DNA of 37,812 nucleotides, taken from positions 1 through 37,812 of the forward strand of contig CAJVPI010000267.1 in assembly GCA_910592345.1 (NCBI GenBank), written 5' to 3'. Positions 22,619-33,647 of this stretch are shown piece after piece. Each line of letters starts with the position of its first letter. Position 1 is the first letter of the stretch. The notes under the pieces are model-generated. The model did not search any database. It was not told the origin of the DNA and saw nothing but the letters and a program-made list of their open reading frames with translations. The position numbers and the translations under genes are program-made. This stretch comes from Paraglomus brasilianum (taxonomy: Eukaryota).

Positions 22619-24419
22619 TGATCGTGAATTATGTGGGGTGTATTATATAGAATTTGATTTATTGTTTATGCCTCGTGTATTTATGAACAATAAAGATGTA
22701 CATTATGATCTGTGCCAGGTATAAATCGGGTTGATATCATTTGACATCATCTGGTAAAAGAAGTTTAGCGTATTCGTAACATTAACTGGAAAACGCAGAC
22801 ATTGTTTATTATCAATTAGGTATAACTCCACGGCGAATCAGGAGGCCGTAAGTTGACGGCAGGTCCCGAGTCGAACAAAACAAGGCCATAACCGTGTCAA
22901 ATCAGTGTCTGCTATTCTACCGAAAGAAGATCCCAGAAATAAAGACACCAGATCCGATCCCAGTCTCGATTGTGGTCTCTCCCGGAGTGCCTGTAGAACA
23001 AGGTGTTTGCATTTTTATATTATGTATTTAACCTTGCACCGGCAGATCAATGGGTTAATTTCGTAGAGGTTCGTACCCTAATTATATGATAGTGGACCTT
23101 GTTCATCCGGCAACTCGTATTGGTATATCAGTCGAATCAAATATTAATACTAATCTCTTCGTTAATTTCATAGAGGTGCCTTCGGAAGTGATCGGCAAAT
23201 TTTTCGGAAAAGACACTCGCTTCATGCGACTGCCTAATACTACATTTACGAGATACTAATTGGCAAGAATTCACTTATTATTATGACAACAGGATTTAAA
23301 CTGTATAATTATTACAGTATTAATATTAATTGAAAAAGAATTCGGAACTTGGACAGTGCGACAAGGAATAGGATAACGTGACGCATTGTTATTTTGCGGC
23401 CATTATATACGATAATAATGAGATTTTCGAAAGGGAATATATTACTAGTTTTATTGATTGATCAAAGACTCGTTACATAATATAGTATCCTCTTATTTCT
23501 TAAGAGGGCATTAGCACCTCGGCATGGTAATTAGAAATAACGCATGTCTATGCCATCTCTGTTAAAATACAGAACGTAAACGACATGACATGAAAAATGA
23601 TAGATACAGCACGTAATGTCGTACCTTCTTATAAATACTGAATCTTCACTGTAGACATAACATGCGTTATTGATAATAATAAATCAGGCTTTTGATTGAC
23701 GATACCTAGATATAAGGCTAATGTCTCTTACAGTAATGCCGTAAGCTTGTTTGTATTATTGATACTAATAGTTTTGAGACATAATCAATTATTGTTAGTT
23801 TGATAGCGTTATTATTATATTAACGTATATTATCATTAGTGACATTTGTTCTATGTATTTTGTCAATTAAAGATTATTACGACTTGGATAAATATGCATA
23901 AGGTCGATCAACGTGTAACATCAAACATACTGGGACCTTGAGCAGATCAGTTTTTACCGTATTTTTGAAGAAATAATTAATACAGACTGTATAAGTATGT
24001 AGACAGTCGGGAGTTTACCAACATTATTGCATTATCCTATTTTGATGTTTGACGGAAATGGGGAACCGTTTTAATGAGCTGATACGAAAGCTATGCAGAG
24101 AATTGCGCCTACATGTAAATTCGTTCGGATAAGGATAAGAGGTAGTGTGTGATAAGGAGGAGAAGCATATGTTGAGAGATGGACGATTCGTACATGTGGA
24201 ATTTTGTGTTCTTTATTAGGCACACCAAAGCTGAACGCTACTTTACGTGTTGCTACTACGTAACAATTGTGTTGCACGACTCACGTCCGAGTCCGCAACG
24301 ATTTCATTTAGTACAAAGAATAAATCTGAGCATGTAGATAAGGAGAGACTAGATACCAGTAAAAACCTAAATCTACTTCTTTATTCTCTAGAATTGGGTG
24401 CTAAGGACATCATGATATG

Positions 24420-25320
24420 ATGCGCTTGAGGCTAATAATCGATCTCAAATAATGCTGGAAAACTAAATCTCTTTCAGTGAGAAGACGCAGTGAACGGAGT
24501 TTTCGGAGTGGGTACTAAACTGGACCATCAATAGGGTCCTGAGTATGTATATGATGTCTTACATACAATATATGGCGCTTGCAGCCATCGCTTAATCTTC
24601 AGAGACTAAGATCCTTATCGTTTATACTGATCGATTTAGGGTACACTTGATTCTTTCTTTGGTCATAAAGACTGTAAGTAGACTCGTACGCTGTTCAATT
24701 GTTTTGTAATACATCCTGGCAACAGTTCATCGCCTGCCATAGCGATCACACGGCAACAGAAATGGCACAAACCAGCACACTCTGCTATCTCATTGATTCG
24801 TACATGTGATTTATTATGTAAGATCAGAGGAGATTGATGACTGGGGATATGCACATTTTTTTATAGAATCCAGGGAGTATAGTGGGCATTATGATGGTAT
24901 CAATGATCGATGACGAGCTACATACTCACTATTCTGCTACAAATGACGTGTTGGTTTGTAGAATGTTGAATGTATGCATTTGTGGATACTTTGTATTCTT
25001 ATTTCTGCTCCCTATTTGTATGGAATCTCTTCATGAATATCTTCGTTTTCGGCGCCGATTGATTCCTAGCAATAATAACTCTTGCTGCTGGTGTCTACTA
25101 TGTTGGTTTTATCTCTTGCATAATGGTGGATGCCGTCTCAGCAAACGATAATCACTGTCTTCGGGGAATGCCTTCTGCCAAACATTGCAATGTCGAAGAA
25201 ATCTCCAACGGAAAACAGCCAATAAGATAACAAATAAAGGATGATCACAAGTATCGGATGTCCAATCATCGTGAGCACATATGGCCATTCCTGATCGAAA
25301 AGCGAAAAATCGAAAATCAT
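24420..25320 (-). pseudogene. Probable DUF2235 (Tle1-like alpha/beta-hydrolase) pseudogene with an N-terminal hydrophobic segment
   Basis: Ordered remnants: ATG 25320, TM-like PILVIILYLLSYWLF, PKTVIIVC*DG...DKTNIV (family K-x-I-x-x-C-x-DGT...TNV), KSYYC*ESIGAE (YY-x-x-GIG), TFYKP, IDTIIMPTILPGFY...ISPVI (DTV-G-x-x-G-x-P...F-Y). The GFSRG nucleophile motif is not visible. Confidence 0.4.
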
Positions 25321-28010
25321 ATTTAATAGAATATGGTGATAAGACGAATAAGGGATTATATTGATTGAGGAAGTGACATTTGCATGCCTGACCATTGCGT
25401 AACAATTTAATTATTAACACATTTTTAAAGTTAACATTAAATATATTTCCCAAGACCGTGAGAAATTAATCCACATAAATTTTATCCAGCGAAAAAAAAA
25501 ATAACATTAAAATTCATCAATTACAGTAGCGCACGAAAAAACAAATATTAATATGGAAATTCTAACCAACCCTTGCGTTTTCTTGGAATCGGTTTTTGAC
25601 AGCCATTTCTATAAATATATAATATTATGTAATGGACAAACAATGGAACAGTTATGGTTGACGGAATGTTTACCGAATTACATAAGCTTATGAATGGATT
25701 ATGGCGTAAAACGTGTCTTAAATCGCGTTAATGAGAAAGATTTTTTTGACAACGCATTCCTTTGGGAAACCAATTGCACTTATTTTAAATATTTAATCAA
25801 CAATGGCCATATCAACATATTAAAGAATGTTTTTTGTTGACAAAGGTAACTAACATGACATAATAGAAAGCTTAATAGCAAAAATAAGTTTCTTGTGAAC
25901 AAACAAATAAAACGAATGGAAATTTTTTAACCAAAGAAGCTATAATTCTTTAGTCAGGCAATGTTCCCATACTTGAAACTTGCTAGAAAAAGTTTAATAT
26001 TTTGTTTTTTCAGTTGTCTAAGAAGAACAGTCGTACGTTTCTCAGCAGGTTGGTACAATTATTGACATTACAGACTTGCGTTAATAGCAAGACTATTTAA
26101 TCTGTTGTGACAAAGACTACGTATTACAATAACAGTCGTCCGATGAAACGAAATTCAATCTCACTGAAATAGATTCACAAAGCAGTCCCATTCCGCCGGC
26201 TTTGGATGCGATAATGTGCCCATCTTTTACAATTATTTCTCTGAAGCAAACGCTCTCTAACCCTAACGCAGAAGCGAAGTCAATCGTTGGGCGCGATTGG
26301 TGAGATAAATGCAATCACCAGGCAATATACACATCTGGCAAACTAAGACTCGAACACATGTTCCTGCTGCAAATTTTCCCGTTAGCCTCTGACACCAAAA
26401 AAACCTTCTCAAGATAATAGTTGTCTCGCTCTGTTAGTTACAGGAAAAGTCAATGGCAACAATCCAACAATCCACATCAAAGTCATTTCATCATCGCGCA
26501 TGAATCTGCTAATTTATTAGCACGCTATAAAATTGTTTTTCCAGGTCATAGAAAATCTTCCCAGTCATGAATCAGTTAAAGTCGCACTAAATCTAGTTCA
26601 GAGGTTTTATTTATAATTTCGTTCGAAGTTAAACCGCAGACAAACTTGCTTCACAGATAACGCCCATTTTGCTAAAAGCAATAATAATTTGTCAATAACG
26701 TACAAAATAGTTTACTTGATATGGTTAATTAAAAAACGATCAACAATAATTTCTATAGAGCGATTGTACTGAAGAAATATTTCTGCTTTGATTGATCTTG
26801 TAATATCCAACAAATGTTGACAAATCAACCCTGCAACTCCATTATTTGGCTAAATTTCGTGATTGGCGGGCAATATGCTTGCGTTCAGCCCTACGAGTGC
26901 AAGTCCTAAAAATAGTTCCGTATCACATTTCTAGGCGGGCGCAACTCAACGGAACCCTTCTGTTTATGACAAATAAGCTTATGCACATGAACACAATACT
27001 CTCCCTGTTTAAAACCGAGTCGCACAAAGAAGCATGAAACCAATCTGTTACAGGTTAGTCGTAGTTTTTCAATAAAGGCCAGTTTGTGATTGGAGGAGTG
27101 AAAAGATAAAGAACGGTTTCTTTGATGAAAGTCAAGTGATGCTAGCATCAGAAACCTACAAACATCAAGGCTTATTTACCAATAATGCATCGCTTCATTG
27201 TCGCAATCATTTGCCCTTATCGATGAAAGCCAAACATGGCTTAGAAGGCATCAAATTCCTCCGCATGCTAACGGATGCCAATTTACCAAGCTGCTTGCTG
27301 ACATTGAATGGCTTGATTTTGAGCAAAATCTACTTACTGTATGTAGAAGAGAAGAAGGTACAGATTGATCGTGGCCTGCACAATAAGGATAGGCAACGAT
27401 TGGTCATATCAGAAGGTCTTCCGCGTGCGCTAATAATCATCTATGATACTGAAAAGGCAACCAAAGACTTTGGCAAATGGCGTAAACTCACCATGATCAA
27501 GCCCGCATTCCTTTGTGATAATTATTGATAAGCGCATATTGTTTTCCTTTTGTTTCCTACATGCGAACAATAATATTATTACAAAAGGGATTTTTGGTAT
27601 GTCTAAATGCAGTGCCAGAAACGTCGCATGTGTTACGATCACATCGCCCGAACAAGGACATTTATATGTACCCTGACACCTTTTCTTCCATATATACATG
27701 GATGTGCAACGGCCGAGGATAAAAATAGCAATAAGGAAGGGGCATGCTTAATATACAATTTTGTGTTGTCGCACATAAAATTCATAGCCGACTTTTCAAT
27801 TATAAAAGAGCTTCCCTTGCCAACACATTATCTCCATCAACCACTTTCTTTTGACAAGAAGAAGAAGAAGAAGCTGCGCTTCTATCCATCCAACGCAAAT
27901 AAACCAACATACAAACAACCCATTCTCTATCTGTTTGCTAGTCAAACTAATCTCCCGCCCTTGATTCTAATTTCAATCACTAATACCATACCTACCAATC
28001 GTTATCAAAT

Positions 28011-28577
28011 ATGTCTTCAAAAACTCTATTTGCTTTGACCGTCCTCGCACTCTTCTTCCTCTCATCTGTCTCTGCCCATGGACACATGACCGATCCCCCA
28101 ATTCGCATTTTCCCTGGAGATCAAAACAACGGATTAACTCTCACTCGAGGTCCAACAAAAGTCAGTCCATGCTCGGGATTGCCAGCCGGTCCAGTACAGT
28201 CAACATTTGCCGCTGGTCAGAACATCAACATCCAATGGGAAATCGGCGCCGCTCATAAGGGACAATGCTTTGTTGAATTATCGACCGATGGAGAGAAGAC
28301 CTTTAATTTGGTGCAAGAATTACCCAACTGTGCCGACGTTGCAGGACCCAATTTCCAGGCCTCTGTTAAGTTGCCAAACACGCCTTGCGACAATTGCGTG
28401 CTCAGATGGAGATGGGTAGCTACATTGACCAATGAGCTATATTTGAACTGTGCCGATATTAAGATTACTGGTGCTGGCGCAAAGAAAAACCGAAGAGCTA
28501 ATAAGCGAAGATTGAGCGCATCGGAGAAATTTATGGCAAAGGAAATTAGAGATTTTTATGATGAGATTGACATGTGA
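28011..28577 (+). CDS. Secreted histidine-brace copper protein, LPMO fold (AA11-like, probably chitin-active)
   Basis: 22-aa signal peptide ending VSA leaves His23 as the mature N-terminus (HGHMTDPPIR). Second His in GAAHKGQC (mature His60, Ala58). E-L-Y-L-N-C-A-D-I motif supplies the axial Tyr; WRW strand; six Cys. Intronless. Confidence 0.9.
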   Translation: MSSKTLFALTVLALFFLSSVSAHGHMTDPPIRIFPGDQNNGLTLTRGPTKVSPCSGLPAGPVQSTFAAGQNINIQWEIGAAHKGQCFVELSTDGEKTFNLVQELPNCADVAGPNFQASVKLPNTPCDNCVLRWRWVATLTNELYLNCADIKITGAGAKKNRRANKRRLSASEKFMAKEIRDFYDEIDM

Positions 28578-29714
28578 GAATTGCTGTTTGTAAATTTTTG
28601 AGATATTAATTTATTTCGAGATAGTTGGCTATTTTGCTTTTCACAGGCAGAGCCTCGGGATTTGCTCTGCAAACATGTAGCTTCTTCTTCATTTTCACTG
28701 TAAATATCAGAGTTCTTTATCTGATACAATAATTTAATATATATAAAAAAAAATAGAGACCATGATTGGAGGCATTTGAAGTTTAATCGTAGTAAGACTC
28801 GAAATGTAAAATTCAAATAAAAAAAGCTCACCCAATCTAAAACATATGCGTGATATCCCATCACATGACTGGCTGTTTAGTATGCGTCATCATACATCAC
28901 AAAAATTCTCTCATCGGGATTCCGTTAAAGATTCCCACGTTCTCTTTTCTCACCATTAAACTGTCACACATTCATGCTTGCTTCGATTCCCATCTATCAA
29001 CAGTGCACTAAACTATATTTATACAAATGATCTTTCCCTCGCCTATTCTTGTCTCTCATGAGTTTCTTATTTCCCATACGTGCCCTCCTTAATTTGATAT
29101 AGCTGCAAAGTTTATGTGTGGAAAACGTCAAGGAAGAGAAAAAACAACAAACAATCGAGAGAACAAGGACGAAGATTACAGATTTGGAGATTTTAATGAT
29201 TATTTATGTATGTATTTTTCCGAGGCTTTGCCGTGCTATGAAAATATCTCCGAGTAGTATTTGTATAGTGTGTAAACAATTCTGTCTTTAACTTACTGTA
29301 TTCTTAAAATATAAAATCTTATTACTATGTTATCATACTACGCAATCGAATGCGTCTAACCATATGTTATATACTATACAATCATATTAATACCCTTATC
29401 TGCTTAGTGCGAATTATTGAGCTATTAGTGCTGTATCTTAACAAATTTAATACCATAAAGCAAATGTGGCGTCTTGTGCAACCGCGTCAAATGTAGAGTT
29501 AAAAAATTGCAATAACCATGGGATGAGAAAAAAAAGAAAAAGAAAAAGAAGAAAGAAACCAAGCAAGGGAAAACTAACCGACAGACCACAAACACAAGCA
29601 AATTGTTCCATTCTATACAACAAAATGTCCGTTGTTATCTATCCCGTTTCCCCGGCTATCAAACTTTAATTTCTATTGCGATTTCCAGATCAAGGATAAA
29701 ATTTCCAGTCATAA

Positions 29715-30878
29715 TTATTCACTGGTCTCCTCATCAACCTTATCAGACGCACTATAACACATCGAGGCCGAGTCGCTGTATGGGATGGAGGACGTCGGAG
29801 AGAGAGATGACGGCGGGACTGTGTTGAGATAAAATACCGAGGATGAGATGGCCGCGAAAGACAGCGAAGCGTCAGGTGGTATGTTCGATGGATAATCTGG
29901 CATGTTGTAGTTGTTGTAAGAATACGGATAGCAGCCAGAGGAAATATCGAATGATTGATACACGAGTGGTTGCGTGCTGCTGAATTTGTTATTCATCTCG
30001 CAAGCGATTGCGTTTCCATTATTGATGGTAGCAGCAGCCAAACGTTTAACATCAAACGTCGCCGGAGGAGGATAATCGTATCCGACCGAATATAGAGCAG
30101 TATCTTCAACTGGGGGAGGTGAGTCCGAACAATTGCCGGTGTCATTATAATAATCATTGTATCTATAAGTGTTCATACATCCACTGAGATAAATATGTGA
30201 GCCCCCAAATTGTTCGTCAAAAGCGTATGGATCCTTGTGGATGTCATCAGGCAGGCGCACATAGAACCCATCGCTTGGACATGTCAGTGGAATAGATTGA
30301 AAGGTAGTAGGGGGGGTAAGAGTAGACGGACTCGACGGCGCTGATTCGGCGGTTTCTATCGTTTCAGCTTTTGTTCGTTCAATGTTTTCGTCATGAACGT
30401 CTTCTGACTTTCCCTTAGTATCAGCGCTCTCGTTGCTGTTTCTCCGAAATGGTTTGTATACGTATCCAGGATTTATTTCACTATGCTCGGCCTTGGCTCT
30501 GGCGGCCAACTTTGTGAACAATTCCTTCACATCATCACTACTTTTTTTCCATACCTCACTGGCCAGTCCAGAGACAATTGGAACTTGTAATTTTAAGGCG
30601 TCGATGCTACCCTGTAGCATTGTGCGGAAGATGAAGAATTTGTTTGGTGGGCGAGCCGGTTTTTCCGATGATTTGGCTTTTCGATAAAAAAACCGGTCGC
30701 GTATGTCTTGTGCAGAAGGGACAGGAAAGTCTATTTGAGCACCGTCTGTTAGTTGTACAATGACTTTTTCGTGCGAGTTGTCGAGGTCGGCATAGATAAC
30801 GGTGGTCTGAGTTGGATGAGGCTTATTGTATGGAGATTGACTCCGTGGTCGTTGTGATTGCGTTGTTACTGGGGACAT
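29715..30878 (-). CDS. Canonical MATA_HMG-box transcription factor (HMG-4), 387 aa
   Basis: KPARPPNKFFIFRTML...IVSGLASEVWKKSSDDVKELFTKLAARAKAEHSEINPGYVYKPFRR (~30440-30665) has all SOX/MATA hallmarks (RP-x-N-x-F, W, H...P-x-Y-x-Y-x-P). Long S/P/Y-rich tail. Confidence 0.96.
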   Translation of the reverse strand: MSPVTTQSQRPRSQSPYNKPHPTQTTVIYADLDNSHEKVIVQLTDGAQIDFPVPSAQDIRDRFFYRKAKSSEKPARPPNKFFIFRTMLQGSIDALKLQVPIVSGLASEVWKKSSDDVKELFTKLAARAKAEHSEINPGYVYKPFRRNSNESADTKGKSEDVHDENIERTKAETIETAESAPSSPSTLTPPTTFQSIPLTCPSDGFYVRLPDDIHKDPYAFDEQFGGSHIYLSGCMNTYRYNDYYNDTGNCSDSPPPVEDTALYSVGYDYPPPATFDVKRLAAATINNGNAIACEMNNKFSSTQPLVYQSFDISSGCYPYSYNNYNMPDYPSNIPPDASLSFAAISSSVFYLNTVPPSSLSPTSSIPYSDSASMCYSASDKVDEETSE

Positions 30879-31967
30879 GGTTTCGAGTGTTGGATTAGAT
30901 AGGGTAAGTGTATTTATTATATAGACTGTATTTTTGTAAGTTGATTTTACAGAGTGATTTCAAAAAACGTTCTCGACGTGTTCGTATAATTTGAGTATAT
31001 ACCGAATATCGAATAGTATTATGAAAGCGGTATAAACATAACCCCAAGTTGGTTTTTTTCTGTTTTCTTTTTTGGATCCAGCATCTGCCAGCTATCGCTT
31101 AAATAACTTTTGCTGAGAATACATATAAAGTATAAGCTCAGGGTAAGTAGTACGTATCGCTTAATTGGATGTGTCAAACAGCTTCTGTCTCTTTATACGT
31201 CTAGCAAAGTTTGGTTTTTTGTTTATAGTTGAACTCTTGTGAAGAGCGTAGGAAGTTTTGAGGGCTTGCAGCTGTAAATAAATACTGGCGTGAACTAAAA
31301 TTGTATTGCATATTTATATTGAATATTTATATTGTTTGTATAGTATCAGCGCGTGTAAAAAGCGTGAGGTATAATGAATAATATATACGGTACATGGCGT
31401 TCACCTGGAAATGAAATTATTAATAGTTGACATGCATAAAAGATACACAAATAATAAATAATCGAAATTAATAATGCAATCGAACAATCTAAAGTTATTT
31501 AATTTCTCAATATTTACGGTTCGCATCATGTCACGATTTCCCAATTTGTTGTTCTGTTCTATTTTTTTCCCTGAGTGTACATCTGCACTCGACGACTCTG
31601 GGCGTGAGTGTTCACGTTATTCCACCGCCTGAAATGAATGAAATGCGTAGCGATCAATCGGATTATTTCTTAAATAAACACCACGGGGGGTAATTGACAT
31701 CGAGACAAGAAAACCAATCGCACTTCTCAGTTACCATTCTGTGGCTCTTACAGTTCGCCGCTCTTTTGCAACCATGACATGCTTTGATTTTCAGTCTACA
31801 ATCCTTGGCAGACTGATGAGAAAGCCTTTCCCAATCTTGCTTATCTGTATATTGCTTTATTACGGCTTAGCAATGGTCTTTACGCATTGCATTGTCATGC
31901 TTACTGCCAATTATTGTAGAATTAATAAATAAATCGATGTATGCATAATATTTGCATTATGCGGGGG

Positions 31968-31989
31968 GAGAGAGAGAGAGAGAGAGAGA
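31968..31989. repeat. (GA)11 microsatellite upstream of HMG-4
   Basis: Perfect GA dinucleotide run preceded by a G run. Confidence 0.95.
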
Positions 31990-33647
31990 ATGCAACACGA
32001 GGCGGATAATCGATCGAACATGCGTGAATAATAATGAAAATTTAATGTTTGTGCTTGCACGTGTAATGGGCGTCATAAGTTTCGCCAATTAAATATTGTT
32101 CTACAAACTTTAATGGGTAAATAAAGTTGGGTCTTTGTTCAGTTGTAATTGTTTTTAAGAGCAATCGTAAGACAAAGTGTCGGCTCGTACGATAAAAACG
32201 TAGGGTATAGACAATCAAAATACAATACTCGCCAACATGCATAACATACAGTGTAACTAATATTATATAATGTTGGGAATTTCTATTTGTTACTGTATTT
32301 GGCCAACAAGATGTATTGTGACCAATCGATATTAGACATAATTGGTAACTATACTGGTGTAATCGACAAAAATGGTAAAATAATTGTGGTTTCCAAGCTG
32401 GAAACTAATTTAAATAAGCAACCCTTTCATAATAAGTTGCCACATGCGGTCCATAATTGAGACTGGATTTATGTCTTTGTTTTGCAAGGTTATAGTGCTA
32501 GCTAATTTCATATCTAACGCAATGTTACAATTACAATCGAGTGCCAATTTTATTGCCCGCTCTTGTTCAACCGCCATATTGTATAAATGTATTGAAGCTT
32601 ATATTCAGACTGTCCAGCATCTGCATAGTATGTGTATAGCATCTGTATAGCGGATGGCTCTCCTCGCTTCCCGTTACACTGGATAGGATAGCTTTCAAGA
32701 AAACACAAATTAAATGTTCCCGGCAAACTTAAAATTAAAAAATGTTTATTGGTGACTCTCAGTCTTCGGAAAGAATGCGCAATTTTCCAATATGCCCAAC
32801 AAAGTAAAGAAACATACCATTTTACAAATAATAAATACATAAACGTAAAGCACGTAAACATATAATATTAACTGATTCTCGATTTATACTCATAGCACAT
32901 TTAATCTGCAAGATTTCTGTTGTGTTCGACATTGCAATTAAATGTTTGTTTTTCTTGTGAAAGACATTCCCGAGCAGGTACCAAAATGCGGGTCATATTA
33001 AAATACGAATTAGAGTCGTCAATTAGCAAAAATAGGAAATTTCTGTCATCTTGTCTACGTTACACACTGTTATATTAAAAAACATAAGCTTACGACTGTA
33101 CAAAACAGTAGTTATGCATGTGATGCATGAAGCTGTTCGTCAGGAGTGCATTTGCTGGTGGTGAAAAAAAAAATTTAAGTTGCGGGGTCATCTTTAAACT
33201 TGACCACTGAAATTAATGCGTTGTAGACTGAGAGAACCCAAATTTATAACAGGCCTAGCAATTCATATGCCAAAAATTAATACTAATTTTAATAAGACAA
33301 TATAAATTTGTTCTGGGCTGATTTTTCCAATCTCTACTAGCCATCATATGGATGTCAGAAATACTGTATGACTCTTCAGGGAATTGAGATCGTAATCTGC
33401 TCTCGAAATTTATGCGAAAAAGAATCCAACTATTAGCCGGCCGGGGAGGTATTAAATCCTGGTTTCACGTCTTGGCTCGATAAGGGAACGTTGAGCACAT
33501 AAGGTGGATTAAGTAAGAGATTATGCTCATCAAAAGTAAGGGGTAATACGCCTACATCGAAAGTTAGGCAGGCTTTGTTTCGTCATAAATTGATTCTTAC
33601 CAAATTATTTTCTGCATGTTATTGAAAAAAGGCAAATGTGTCATACA

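Noticed and set aside
24185..24788. 14-bp direct repeat GATTCGTACATGTG at ~24185 and ~24775
   Set aside because: Isolated match with no flanking homology or element structure; may be chance.
26100..27720. Possible decayed gene (ORFs 27136-27528, 27525-27722; Cys/His-rich end)
   Set aside because: Looks partly coding-derived, but I cannot recognise a family or assemble a consistent frame; left uncalled pending blastx.
2691..30878. Calling this a classical Mucorales sex locus or the homeodomain-type AMF MAT locus
   Set aside because: No triose-phosphate transporter, RNA helicase or homeodomain gene is recognisable in the window; HMG presence alone is not evidence of a mating-type role.
30879..33000. 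HMG-binding-like (A/T)ACAA(A/T) motifs suggesting autoregulation
   Set aside because: Such short AT-rich motifs are expected by chance at this base composition; needs an enrichment test.
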